Shown here one piece after another: positions 8,346-17,383 of a stretch of DNA of 64,000 bases (position 1 is its first letter; the number at the start of each line of letters is the position of its first letter). Location: the NCBI GenBank assembly GCA_902778935.1, contig CACYZT010000005.1:21932-85931 (forward strand), given 5' to 3'. A model generated the notes under the pieces. It saw only the letters and a list, made by a program, of their open reading frames with translations. It was not told where the DNA came from and searched no databases. The stretch is from an uncultured Bacteroidales bacterium. Its GTDB lineage: Bacteria > Bacteroidota > Bacteroidia > Bacteroidales > Paludibacteraceae. The position numbers and the translations under genes were made by a program.

Positions 8346-9596
8346 TTATTCTCCTTTGATTGCAGCAACACCCGGAAGTACCTTACCCTCGATAGCCTCG
8401 AGCAGAGCACCACCACCGGTTGAGATATACGAAACTTTGTCAGCCAAGCCGAACTTGTTCACACAAGCCACGGAGTCGCCACCGCCGATGAGCGAGAAAG
8501 CGCCGTTAGCTGTTGCCTCTGCGATAGCCTCACCGATAGCACGGCTGCCGTCGCAGAAATTATCGAACTCGAATACACCTGCAGGACCATTCCAAAGGAT
8601 AGTCTTAGCGCCCTTGATAGCATTGCGGAAGTTCTCCTGTGCTTTCGGACCGGCATCCAGGCCTTCCCAACCCTCAGGAATAGCATTCGATGGGAATACC
8701 TTCTGGTTCGCATCATTGCTGAAGCTGTCAGCGCAGATAGCATCCGGAGCGAGCACGAGCTCTACGCCGTTCTTCTTTGCCAACTCTTCTACGCCGAGCG
8801 CTACATCGAGTTTGTCGAGCTCTACAATCGAACCGCCGATCTCACCGCCGTGAGCCTTTGCGAACGTATAGGTCATACCACCGCAGAGGATGAGTTTGTC
8901 CACCTTACCCAGCAGGTTCTCGATGATGCCGATCTTGGAACTTACCTTCGAACCGCCCATGATAGCTACGAACGGACGTTTGATATCTTTGAGGATAGCG
9001 TCAACGGCTGCTACTTCTTTCTCCATGAGGAAACCGAGCATCTTGTTGTCTGCATCGAAATAGTCAGCGATGACAGCGGTCGATGCATGCTTGCGGTGAG
9101 CCGTACCGAAGGCGTCCATGACATAGCAGTCTGCATAGGAAGCCAGCGTCTTTGCGAACTCTTTCTGACGCGCTTTCATCTCTTTCTTAGCCGCCTCGTA
9201 AGCAGGGTCTTCTTTCTCGATACCCACCGGTTTGCCTTCCTCTTCGGGATAGAAACGCAGGTTCTCCAGCAGGAGTACCTCACCCGGTTTGAGCGCAGCT
9301 GCTTTGTCGTGTGCCTTAGCGCAGTCCTCTGCGAACTGAACGGGACGACCGAGTGCTGCAGCCACAGCGTCCACAATCTGGCTGAGGCTGAATTTAGCCT
9401 GTACTTTGCCTTTCGGCTTGCCCATGTGGCTCATGATGATGAGCGCACCGCCTTCATCGAGGATGTGTTTGAGCGTAGGAAGCGCACCGCGGATACGGGT
9501 GTCGTCGGTGATTTTACCATTCTCGTCCAGTGGCACATTGAAGTCCACACGAACAATTGCCTTCTTTCCGGCAAATTTGTAATCCTTAATAGTCAT
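8346..9596 (-). CDS. pgk: phosphoglycerate kinase
   Basis: 416 aa. 'RVDFNVPLD', 'SHMGKPKG', 'GGGDS' and 'STGGGALLE' signatures. Confidence 0.95.
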   Translation of the reverse strand: MTIKDYKFAGKKAIVRVDFNVPLDENGKITDDTRIRGALPTLKHILDEGGALIIMSHMGKPKGKVQAKFSLSQIVDAVAAALGRPVQFAEDCAKAHDKAAALKPGEVLLLENLRFYPEEEGKPVGIEKEDPAYEAAKKEMKARQKEFAKTLASYADCYVMDAFGTAHRKHASTAVIADYFDADNKMLGFLMEKEVAAVDAILKDIKRPFVAIMGGSKVSSKIGIIENLLGKVDKLILCGGMTYTFAKAHGGEIGGSIVELDKLDVALGVEELAKKNGVELVLAPDAICADSFSNDANQKVFPSNAIPEGWEGLDAGPKAQENFRNAIKGAKTILWNGPAGVFEFDNFCDGSRAIGEAIAEATANGAFSLIGGGDSVACVNKFGLADKVSYISTGGGALLEAIEGKVLPGVAAIKGE

Positions 9597-9638
9597 AATC
9601 TTAATATTTTAGTTGTTTATTAATTGCTTTTTCTCTTT

Positions 9639-9667
9639 TGTCCATCGTCCATTGTCCATCGTCCATT
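9639..9667. repeat. heptamer tract (T/C)GTCCAT x4
   Basis: tgtccat cgtccat tgtccat cgtccat, in the spacer upstream of pgk. Confidence 0.9.
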
Positions 9668-10998
9668 TACTTCCAGTCGATGGAGTTCAGATGGCCCATA
9701 TAGACATCGCTATAGGTCTTGGCTGCGTCTTGTCCGCCGAAGAGGTAGATATAGTTATCGCGCACGATGGCCGTTTGTTTCTGCCGCGCCTGATAGACTT
9801 CGGGCAGCCTATTCTTGGTGGTGTCCACCCGTTTCCAGTTCAGTCCTTCGTCCACCGAATAAAGGATGTCGCGTCCTTGGTACGTCTGCTTGTCATCCAC
9901 GCCGCCGAACATGAGCAACTGGTCGTTGTACTCAATGACGGAAACGCCTGTCAGACTCTTGAACTGCGGACGGTCTATCGAGAACTCCTGAATACGATAA
10001 CCATCGTTCTCCTCTATATGCTTGGAGTACTCGAGGTTCCATCGGGTATTGAGCGAACGTCCGTTCTCTGCGAAACCACCGATAATCATCGCGCGTTCGC
10101 GCCAACTGGCACTGCGGAAAGTGACGGCTGCAAAATCGCTCACGGGGAAATCTTCTCCGGGTTGCAATCCGCTCAAGGCCAACGCACCGTCAGCGTATGT
10201 AGCCAGCTCATATTCGGTGCTCGTCACCAGAGCCCACACTTTCTCGTTCCAATAGAGCAACATCGTGACAACGGGGTAAGCTACATTGTTTGCCGTCCAA
10301 GTGAGACCGTCCGTAGAGGTATAAATGGTGTTCCCCTGACCGTAATAAAGTGTCGTGCCGTCGCTGATGATTTGGCGCACTTTCGTGCCGGCAGGCAGTC
10401 CTGTCGGTTCGCCGAGGTCCGTCCATGTAGCGCCGTCATCGGACGTGAAGGTGTGTAACTCAAAGCCGTTGGATACGATCATCACAAACAGACCATACAA
10501 CTCCACCACTCTCTGCTCGCTGTCGTCCGGCGGATAGATGCTCTCCGTCAGCTGGGTCCATGTATATAAATCCGGATCGATCTGATGCACCGTGGCGCGT
10601 ATCTCATAGACCTTCACCGTGGATTTGTCCGCTGAGCGGATGGTGAGATAGACAGGCCGTTTGTTGAAATTCAGTGTGTCGTAGCCTGTCAGTCGAACGA
10701 CGGTGTCGGGGAAGGTAAAGAAAGCGGCTCCGGGGGTAGCGGCGAACGAACAGCGAGGAACGACGCTATCCAAACGGGTACCGAAAAGAATCGAGTCCTG
10801 ATTCCAGACCAGACCGGTGTCCAAACGCTCCTCGATGGTAAACACCGCGGCCGCCAAACCGGGCATGGAGTCGTTCTTGGCAAAGGTGAAACCCGATAGT
10901 TTTGCCACGGAAGAAGGCGTGGACGAGGTCGTCGCATTCTCACAGCCGGTAAAAATAATCAGGCTTAACGCGATAAATATGTAGAATAATTTGCGCAT
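9667..10998 (-). CDS. lipoprotein with Kelch-like beta-propeller repeats
   Basis: 443 aa. Lipobox 'LIIFTGC'. Repeated 'W..L......R......V....I(Y)L(F)GG' blocks in the C-terminal two thirds. Confidence 0.55.
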   Translation of the reverse strand: MRKLFYIFIALSLIIFTGCENATTSSTPSSVAKLSGFTFAKNDSMPGLAAAVFTIEERLDTGLVWNQDSILFGTRLDSVVPRCSFAATPGAAFFTFPDTVVRLTGYDTLNFNKRPVYLTIRSADKSTVKVYEIRATVHQIDPDLYTWTQLTESIYPPDDSEQRVVELYGLFVMIVSNGFELHTFTSDDGATWTDLGEPTGLPAGTKVRQIISDGTTLYYGQGNTIYTSTDGLTWTANNVAYPVVTMLLYWNEKVWALVTSTEYELATYADGALALSGLQPGEDFPVSDFAAVTFRSASWRERAMIIGGFAENGRSLNTRWNLEYSKHIEENDGYRIQEFSIDRPQFKSLTGVSVIEYNDQLLMFGGVDDKQTYQGRDILYSVDEGLNWKRVDTTKNRLPEVYQARQKQTAIVRDNYIYLFGGQDAAKTYSDVYMGHLNSIDWK

Positions 10999-11013
10999 TT
11001 CGTTTTTTTTTTG

Positions 11014-11035
11014 TACCTTTGTCGCCGCAAAGGTA
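11014..11035. promoter_or_regulatory. face-to-face divergent -7 boxes forming a 22-bp inverted repeat
   Basis: TACCTTTG (11014-11021, plus strand) - TCGCCG - CAAAGGTA (11028-11035, minus strand). They serve start codons at 11051 (+) and 10998 (-). Confidence 0.6.
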
Positions 11036-11050
11036 AAATATCAGTTTTGT

Positions 11051-11653
11051 ATGTTATTCGAATCTCAAATACACGATTTACAAATGTGGCTTCCGTGGCT
11101 TCGTGCCCGCCGTCAGCAGATGGCTCTGCGTGAGGTCGTGGAGCAGCAACGTCGCATGTTGACCAAAGAGCAGGTAGCGGAGCAGTCAGCCCTTATCATT
11201 GCTCAGATAGAGCAGATGTCCGCCTTCCGCGAAGCCCAAACGGTGCTTATCTATTACCCGATTCATAACGAGGTGGATTTGCGTCCGCTGCTCGCCAAGT
11301 ATGCGGGTGAAAAAACATTTCTTATGCCTGTTACCCATCGCCACTCGATGGAGGTTCGTCCCTATGACGGCGAAGATATGTTGCGTAAAGGTCGTTTTGG
11401 CATCCCCGAACCGCAGACTCCGACGTACAGAGGGCCTATTGATTTGATTTTTGTTCCGGGTGTTGTCTTCGACCATCACTGCCATCGTATCGGCCGTGGC
11501 GGAGGCTATTATGACAAATTCCTATCGAAGCATCTTCGCTCTAAAAAGATAGGCGTTTGCTATACGTTCCAGCTTAAGAAGCACACCATTCCTCACCGGT
11601 GGGGTGATCGTAAGATGGACCGTGTCGTTACTCCTCAGTTATCCATTGGATAG
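11051..11653 (+). CDS. 5-formyltetrahydrofolate cyclo-ligase
   Basis: 'GIPEP', 'VPGVVFD' and 'RIGRGGGYYD' motifs. The start is moved from the ORF-track 10991 to the ATG at 11051, because the -7 box lies at 11014-11021. Confidence 0.8.
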   Translation: MLFESQIHDLQMWLPWLRARRQQMALREVVEQQRRMLTKEQVAEQSALIIAQIEQMSAFREAQTVLIYYPIHNEVDLRPLLAKYAGEKTFLMPVTHRHSMEVRPYDGEDMLRKGRFGIPEPQTPTYRGPIDLIFVPGVVFDHHCHRIGRGGGYYDKFLSKHLRSKKIGVCYTFQLKKHTIPHRWGDRKMDRVVTPQLSIG

Positions 11654-12395
11654 TCGGTTGACTATCGCGTAAGCGTTGTAACTCCCGGTCGCTCTCGGCT
11701 GAGAGTTTTCGTTCGCCCTTACGGTAATAATAGATGACGCCGTACAACTGGCATTTCATCAGTTTAGCGTAGGGCAGTTCGTCCTTATAGAAATCCTCTA
11801 CGAGGTTCCATATATTCAAAATGATTGAGTCCGCCTCTGCGCGAAGCGGCTCCAGATTGCCGTGTACGCGCTCCGTGTTCTGCACGTGGAACGTGTGCTG
11901 ACGCTGATGCTCGCAGAAGATATCGTAGTGTACCTTCACCTTGTTAATCGCCGGGTTGTAAATCGGGAAACCGCCGTTTGCCATTCGTTTCTGCTCGCCT
12001 TCGATGATTTTCTTTCCCCACTCAAGCAGATTCTCTTCGGAGGACAAATCCGGTACTACATGCTGATGCGGGTCCAGGCCGTAAAGCAGTTTCTGCTCTT
12101 TCTTGATTTCTCCGCGAATAACAGCCAGGTTGAGCACCTGAATGAAGTGCGAGATATACATACGTGCGTTCTGCACGATGTGGCGATATTGCTTGTTGGC
12201 GTTGACGCTCGTTTTGTAGTTGTCTTTGGATTGCATTACCACATTCTCAAACGACACTAAGAAACGCTGCGTTTCACTTTGCAACTTGTAAGGTATCACC
12301 TGTTCGGTAAAGTCCGCGTTCTGCGCACGCTGGAGTGCATTCTGCAGGGCATGCAGTCGGGCTAAATCGGTGTTGGGTAATCGACGGTAAGGCAT
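11628..12395 (-). CDS. hypothetical protein (255 aa)
   Basis: Long ORF with gene-like composition and no recognisable motif. Preceded by an AAATCGTAAATA leader. 26-nt convergent overlap with the cyclo-ligase gene. Confidence 0.5.
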   Translation of the reverse strand: MPYRRLPNTDLARLHALQNALQRAQNADFTEQVIPYKLQSETQRFLVSFENVVMQSKDNYKTSVNANKQYRHIVQNARMYISHFIQVLNLAVIRGEIKKEQKLLYGLDPHQHVVPDLSSEENLLEWGKKIIEGEQKRMANGGFPIYNPAINKVKVHYDIFCEHQRQHTFHVQNTERVHGNLEPLRAEADSIILNIWNLVEDFYKDELPYAKLMKCQLYGVIYYYRKGERKLSAESDRELQRLRDSQPTIQWITEE

Positions 12396-12398
12396 AAC

Positions 12399-12435
12399 TA
12401 TTTACGATTTGACGATTTACAATTTAACTATTACG
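12399..12435. repeat. 7/8-nt periodic tract ATTTACG family
   Basis: tatttacg atttgacg atttaca atttaac tattacg. Spans the ispB-like stop and the spacer. Confidence 0.8.
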
Positions 12436-13392
12436 TGTAACGAGCCGTTCGGCAAGTTGACGTAATTTCTCTGTGGCTTCGTTCTGCGGCAGTTTGTCCA
12501 GCTCCGCGAGGGCGAGGGCTGTTTGTTCCTCCATGACAGCTTCGCATACCTCACGTACTTCCAGACGATTATAGATAGCGGTGACGGCTGCAATCTTCTG
12601 CGCATCGCAGTCGGTCGCCATGAGCCATTGTAGCAACTCGGCTTTGCTCTCCGGGTCGGCATTCTCCAACGCAGTGAGAAGCAAAATAGTCTTTTTGTTG
12701 CAGACGATGTCGCCGCCAATGGCCTTGCCGAACGTCTTCGGGTCGCCATAGACATCGAGGATATCATCCTGGACTTGGAACGCGATGCCGATATGCCGAC
12801 CGTACTCATAGAGCGCTTGTTGCTCCGCAGCGTTGGCGCCGGCTATGTAACCGCCGGTACGCAGGGCGTTCGCAATCAGCACAGCCGTCTTGAGCTCAAT
12901 CATCTTCAGATATTCCTCTATCGTCACTTGGCTGGCATGCTCGTAATCGACGTCGAGTTGCTGTCCTTCGCAGATACCGGTAGCCATCTCGTTGAACCAT
13001 TTGAGGACTTGCGGCAGTTTGTCTGCGGGCACATCGCTCAGCAGTTTGTATGCCTCTATCAACATCTGGTCGCCGGACAGGATAGCGGTGTTGTCGTTCC
13101 ATTTGACATGAACGGTCGGTTGTCCGCGACGAACCGAAGCTCTGTCCATCACATCGTCGTGCATAAGTGTGAAGTTATGGAATACTTCGAGCGCGAGGGC
13201 AGCAGGCAAAGCTTGCTCGATAGCATCGCCGTTAAGCAGACTGCCGTTCACTATCGCCTCAGCGGCGATAAGCGTCAAGGTCGGACGAACACGTTTGCCA
13301 CCCGAAGCCAGCGTGTACTCAATCGGTTCGTACAATCCTCGCGGCTCCTTTTGCCAATTCAAGGCTTCTATCGCTTTGTTAATGTCTATCAT
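12424..13392 (-). CDS. polyprenyl diphosphate synthase (IspB/GGPPS family)
   Basis: Two aspartate-rich motifs, 'LMHDDVMDRASVRRG' and 'FQVQDDILD'. Start placed at the internal ATG 13392 ('MIDINKAIE') to avoid overlapping ddl. Confidence 0.85.
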   Translation of the reverse strand: MIDINKAIEALNWQKEPRGLYEPIEYTLASGGKRVRPTLTLIAAEAIVNGSLLNGDAIEQALPAALALEVFHNFTLMHDDVMDRASVRRGQPTVHVKWNDNTAILSGDQMLIEAYKLLSDVPADKLPQVLKWFNEMATGICEGQQLDVDYEHASQVTIEEYLKMIELKTAVLIANALRTGGYIAGANAAEQQALYEYGRHIGIAFQVQDDILDVYGDPKTFGKAIGGDIVCNKKTILLLTALENADPESKAELLQWLMATDCDAQKIAAVTAIYNRLEVREVCEAVMEEQTALALAELDKLPQNEATEKLRQLAERLVTRNS

Positions 13393-13438
13393 AATAAATC
13401 TTTTTCTGTCAGCAGGCTTGCCTGCGGTCTGTATTCTG

Positions 13439-14515
13439 TCAACGAAGTGGTCTATCAACGAAGTGGTCTTCTATAATATCCGTCAGCACATCTTTGATAT
13501 CAAGTCCTGCGGCTCGAACCTGCTGCGGAATAAAACTCGTCGGCGTCATGCCCGGAGTCGTGTTCACCTCCAGCAAGTTAATCTTCGGCATGTCCCCTGT
13601 CCATTGTCCATTGTCCATTGTCCATTGTCCATTAGGAGTAATAATCCAGTCCACGCGGATGATGCCGTTAGCGCCGATGATATCGTACAGACGCAGCGTC
13701 TCAGCTTGTATCTTGTCGCGAATCTCATCGGGGATACGCGCCGGAGTGATCTCATCCACTTCGCCTTTGTATTTCGCGTTGTAGTCGAAAAACTCGTTAT
13801 GGGTTACCACTTCGGTAATCGGGAAAGCCACGGCCTTGTCCTTCGTCTTATAGACGCCACAGGTCACTTCGGTACCTTTCATGAACGACTCACATATCAC
13901 CTCATCGCCTTCCCGGAAAGCACGCTCAATAGCCGGATAGATATCTTCCACCGTTTTCACTTTTGTGCAACCGAAAGACGAACCGCCTACATTCGATTTG
14001 ATGAAGCACGGCAGTCCCAAGGTCTCAGCTATCTTCGGCGCATTCGGCCATTTCTGTCCGGCACGAAGCATCAGACTGTTGGCAATGTGGAAACCGAAAT
14101 AGGACAGATAGTGGTTGCAGGCATACTTGTTGAATGTCAGAGCCGCAGCCAGCACGCCGCAACAGGAGTACGGCAGGCCTATCATATCAAGGTATCCCTG
14201 CAAAATACCGTTCTCACCCGGTGTGCCGTGAATCGTGATATACGCGAAATCGAAGGTGTGCTTCACGCTCCCGCGCGTAAAAGAAAAATCATTCTTGTCA
14301 ATAGGACAAGCCTGCGCCATCATTTCATCATTGAGCGGCTTGTCCGCGCTCATGACATCATTGGGAATGGCTACCCAGTCCTTACCGTTAAACACTACGA
14401 TCGTACAATCGTAGCGCTCTTTGTCCATAAAGGAATAGATACCCGAAGCGGAACGTAGCGACACCTCATGTTCGCTACTGTCCCCTCCGGCAATAATTGC
14501 TATTTTGCGTTTCAT
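13439..14515 (-). CDS. ddl: D-alanine--D-alanine ligase (contains an in-frame 42-nt heptamer tract)
   Basis: 358 aa ATP-grasp protein. 'IAIIAGGDSSEHEVS', 'HGTPGENG' and 'LLEVNTTPGMT' motifs. Confidence 0.9.
   Translation of the reverse strand: MKRKIAIIAGGDSSEHEVSLRSASGIYSFMDKERYDCTIVVFNGKDWVAIPNDVMSADKPLNDEMMAQACPIDKNDFSFTRGSVKHTFDFAYITIHGTPGENGILQGYLDMIGLPYSCCGVLAAALTFNKYACNHYLSYFGFHIANSLMLRAGQKWPNAPKIAETLGLPCFIKSNVGGSSFGCTKVKTVEDIYPAIERAFREGDEVICESFMKGTEVTCGVYKTKDKAVAFPITEVVTHNEFFDYNAKYKGEVDEITPARIPDEIRDKIQAETLRLYDIIGANGIIRVDWIITPNGQWTMDNGQWTGDMPKINLLEVNTTPGMTPTSFIPQQVRAAGLDIKDVLTDIIEDHFVDRPLR
13591..13632. repeat. TGTCCAT x5 plus one degenerate copy (42 nt) inside ddl
   Basis: tgtcccc tgtccat tgtccat tgtccat tgtccat tgtccat. 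Encodes NGQWTMDNGQWTGD. Confidence 0.95.
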
Positions 14516-14541
14516 GCGTGTTTATCCGCAGCTACGGAATA

Positions 14542-15030
14542 TTATTTGTCTGCTTCCAAGGATTGTTTCTTGGCATTCAAAATCAAATTACCTTCTCCGG
14601 TGATTTCGGACATGAACAGCGTTCCTTTGCACTGAACGTCCGTTTCCCATTTGAGCGAGTCGTTGACCAGCGGAGCTTTGGTGTTATCCAGCGTAATGGT
14701 CAGAGAAACTCCCTGTGCATCAATGGAGTACTCGTTTTTTACAACTTGTAACTGATTACCCTTTACAGTAGCCTCGAGCGAATCGAGTACCATAGCGATC
14801 GGGCCTAAGATAAGCACGCTGTCTTTCTCGCCCTTCTTCTCAATCTTGAATGTGCCATCCGTTACCAAAGGAAGGGTGCTCTCCTGTCCGGGCTCGGAAC
14901 CGTAAATCGTCAGAGAACCGTCCGTCGTGTAGGTGTATGTACCTACGAATGCCTCACGTGCATCCGGACCTTTATCACATCCCACAAAAATCATTGCTAC
15001 GGCAACAAGTGCCAACCAATACTTTTTCAT
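14542..15030 (-). CDS. hypothetical lipoprotein
   Basis: 162 aa. Lipobox 'MIFVGC'. Beta-rich composition. Confidence 0.5.
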   Translation of the reverse strand: MKKYWLALVAVAMIFVGCDKGPDAREAFVGTYTYTTDGSLTIYGSEPGQESTLPLVTDGTFKIEKKGEKDSVLILGPIAMVLDSLEATVKGNQLQVVKNEYSIDAQGVSLTITLDNTKAPLVNDSLKWETDVQCKGTLFMSEITGEGNLILNAKKQSLEADK

Positions 15031-15081
15031 TTCTTTCTTATGTTTTTTTTAGTTAATTGTTGTTAATTTTGAAAATTCGTG

Positions 15082-15089
15082 CAAAATTA
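15082..15089 (-). promoter_or_regulatory. -7 box (TAATTTTG) for the 14542-15030 gene
   Basis: CAAAATTA on the plus strand, 52 nt upstream of the start codon. Confidence 0.55.
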
Positions 15090-15140
15090 CAAAAAATATT
15101 TCATATTTGCAAATGTTTAACCAAAAAAATATGCGTAGCA

Positions 15141-15175
15141 TAAAAACTCCCGCTACTTTCACAAGCGGCGGGAGT
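15141..15175 (-). terminator. intrinsic terminator after the 15234-16625 gene
   Basis: 8-bp stem ACTCCCGC (15146-15153) / GCGGGAGT (15168-15175). A T-run follows on the minus strand. Confidence 0.6.
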
Positions 15176-15233
15176 CCAAACTTTTTACTTTAACTTATTT
15201 AACCATCGTGTAGAAACACGAGGCTTTGGTCGT

Positions 15234-16625
15234 TTATTTGATGCAAGTACCGAAGACGTTGTAAACGTGTCCGTTCTTCTCAATAAAGAGTTGTCCGTCT
15301 TTGATGAATTTGCGATTTTCGATTTTCGATTCCTGATTTTCAATAGCGGTCGGAGGAGTAGGAACTTCTTCGCCACAGGCAGAAATAGTTAAATTTACTA
15401 GATAGACAGAATTGTTGCGTTGGAGTAAGAATTTGTTACTTCCGATTATACCATCACCTGCTTTAACACTATACGATATGGTTTTTGCTTCTCCAACTGC
15501 TGCTGCATTCCAAGTGAGATCTGCAATAGTGCTTTTAGTTAATGTCTGAATATTCAAGCCTCGACTTCCTGTATTTGAAGCAATCAAATCTACTGTGATA
15601 ATAGTTCCTGCTTTGATATAATGATCAAGTTCAATACGGACTGAATCTGCGCCTCCTCCTCCGAATTGAAGACCACTGGCATTGTATGCGATAGAACTAC
15701 CTGATGTTTTCATTCCCGCTACAAACATTTTACCGCCATTAGAAGATTCATCAAGAACAATTTTGTCACCTACTTTTAACGAGGCCGTTTCTGAAGTCGA
15801 TGGGGTAAGGCTTGCACATTCAACAATCTCTTCCCATTGTGCATAAAGAATAAGGTCACTCTCTACTTTATCCCCAACAGCGTAATTATCACCATTTCCA
15901 TCAGCTTGAGTATTCCAACCGTCAAACACATAATTATCCGGCGCGGTAAATGTGCAGCCAGCTATTTTCTTTGCTGCATCATCAATAATATCGTCTTCTT
16001 CTGTTCCATTATTAGCTTTGTATGTTACAGAATAGGTGGTAATGGCTCCACCTAACCAAACTCGAATACCCCAAACGCGAACTGTTTCTCCAGCAGACGG
16101 TAATGTATAACCAGTAACAGTTACTGTTTTTAATTGTTTATAGATTCTTATTTCCGTGGCGCCCCATGTATCAACATCAATTTCTCTCCATTCAGCAGTT
16201 GAATATTTACTTCCATTGCTACTTGGAGTTGAATAATCCAAAGTCAGTCCAGCGTCGGCTGTCGTCGATGTCCCATTCCATCCATCGTCCCATCCAACAA
16301 CTGGAGCAGTGATATGCTTAGAATTACCACTTCCATTAGCAAGAAGTTCTATTTTGCTAATCGTGGCACCTCCTGTAACTTTTATACTAATATAGTTCTG
16401 ATCGAATGCATTTGAAGCCGAACCCAAGTCAATATAGTAGCCTCCGTTTCCAGAACTAATACTACCAGCTGAGGTTGAAAGAGTTACTGTGTATGTGTCC
16501 ACAGTATAATTTTTAAAATAATCCCCTATAGTCGAGCTTGAAAATTCAGCTGTAACATCAGGATCGGTTGCCCAAAGGCTAAAAGAGGCCATTAAGGCCA
16601 ATGATAATAAGAAAAGTTTTCTCAT
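15234..16625 (-). CDS. secreted repeat protein with a Listeria-Bacteroides-type repeat and a short conserved C-terminal tag
   Basis: 463 aa. Signal peptide 'LLSLALMASFSLWA'. 'YSVTYKANNG...FDGWNTQADGNGDNYAVGDKV...LYAQW' matches the Flg_new/InlB-B repeat pattern. C-terminus is 'KFIKDGQLFIEKNGHVYNVFGTCIK'. Confidence 0.6.
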   Translation of the reverse strand: MRKLFLLSLALMASFSLWATDPDVTAEFSSSTIGDYFKNYTVDTYTVTLSTSAGSISSGNGGYYIDLGSASNAFDQNYISIKVTGGATISKIELLANGSGNSKHITAPVVGWDDGWNGTSTTADAGLTLDYSTPSSNGSKYSTAEWREIDVDTWGATEIRIYKQLKTVTVTGYTLPSAGETVRVWGIRVWLGGAITTYSVTYKANNGTEEDDIIDDAAKKIAGCTFTAPDNYVFDGWNTQADGNGDNYAVGDKVESDLILYAQWEEIVECASLTPSTSETASLKVGDKIVLDESSNGGKMFVAGMKTSGSSIAYNASGLQFGGGGADSVRIELDHYIKAGTIITVDLIASNTGSRGLNIQTLTKSTIADLTWNAAAVGEAKTISYSVKAGDGIIGSNKFLLQRNNSVYLVNLTISACGEEVPTPPTAIENQESKIENRKFIKDGQLFIEKNGHVYNVFGTCIK

Positions 16626-16741
16626 AATGTAAAAATTTTAAAGTTAAACAAAAAATTGGTTGTTTTATTTGGGTTGTTATATTTGATTCGCGATGCTTTA
16701 TTTACTTAAATTTTCACCACTATATAAATTATACAACGTGT

Positions 16742-16785
16742 TTACTCCGAGATTACTCCTTGATTACTCCTCGATTACCCTTACT
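16742..16785. repeat. 11-nt tandem repeat TTACTCCNNGA x3.5
   Basis: ttactccgaga ttactccttga ttactcctcga ttacccttact, about 120-160 nt upstream of the secreted-protein gene start (16625). Confidence 0.85.
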
Positions 16786-17080
16786 GGTTAGAACAAACAA
16801 GCGGCAAAACTCTTTTTGCAAGCCTCCGATTAAGCAAAAGTGAGACAAAAAAGAGCAAAACGCAAGGCAAACAAAAGGCTTTTCGGACCAATCCTAGACC
16901 TTACAACTTTTGCAAAGCTCGCAAACCGCTGTCTTTCAGCCGATTACACAGCCTCTTTCGTCCTCCAAATTCTGCCGATTTTTGAGTTTCGATCGCCCTT
17001 TTTAAGCATTTTTGCACCCATACAACAAAAAAGCGGCAAACCGTTTTGGATTTACCGCTTTTTGTATTCTTACGAACTAA

Positions 17081-17383
17081 TTAATCAATAATCAAGCTTT
17101 GGGGAATTACTCTATGAATTAGAACAACATCGCCTTCGATAAAATAGATAATAGCATACTTTTTGTAATTGATACGACGTGTGGGTTGACCATAATGCGC
17201 CGACAAGGACAAATCAATCGCAATACTATCAGCACCATGACTGAGGCTCTTCATTTTATTAAGTAGCCCCTGATAATACAAAGCAGCTGTTAAAGGAGCA
17301 AAAGCCTGATTGCAGATATAATCATAGAGAGAATCTGCATCCTCCAGCGCCTCGTCTGAAACTTCTACTATAAAATCGCTCAT
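17081..17383 (-). CDS. ParE/RelE-superfamily toxin (type II TA)
   Basis: 100 aa. Size and the 'Y.IIY.IEGDVVLIHRV' C-terminal pattern are typical of ParE-like toxins. ATGA overlap with a small upstream ORF. Confidence 0.55.
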   Translation of the reverse strand: MSDFIVEVSDEALEDADSLYDYICNQAFAPLTAALYYQGLLNKMKSLSHGADSIAIDLSLSAHYGQPTRRINYKKYAIIYFIEGDVVLIHRVIPQSLIID

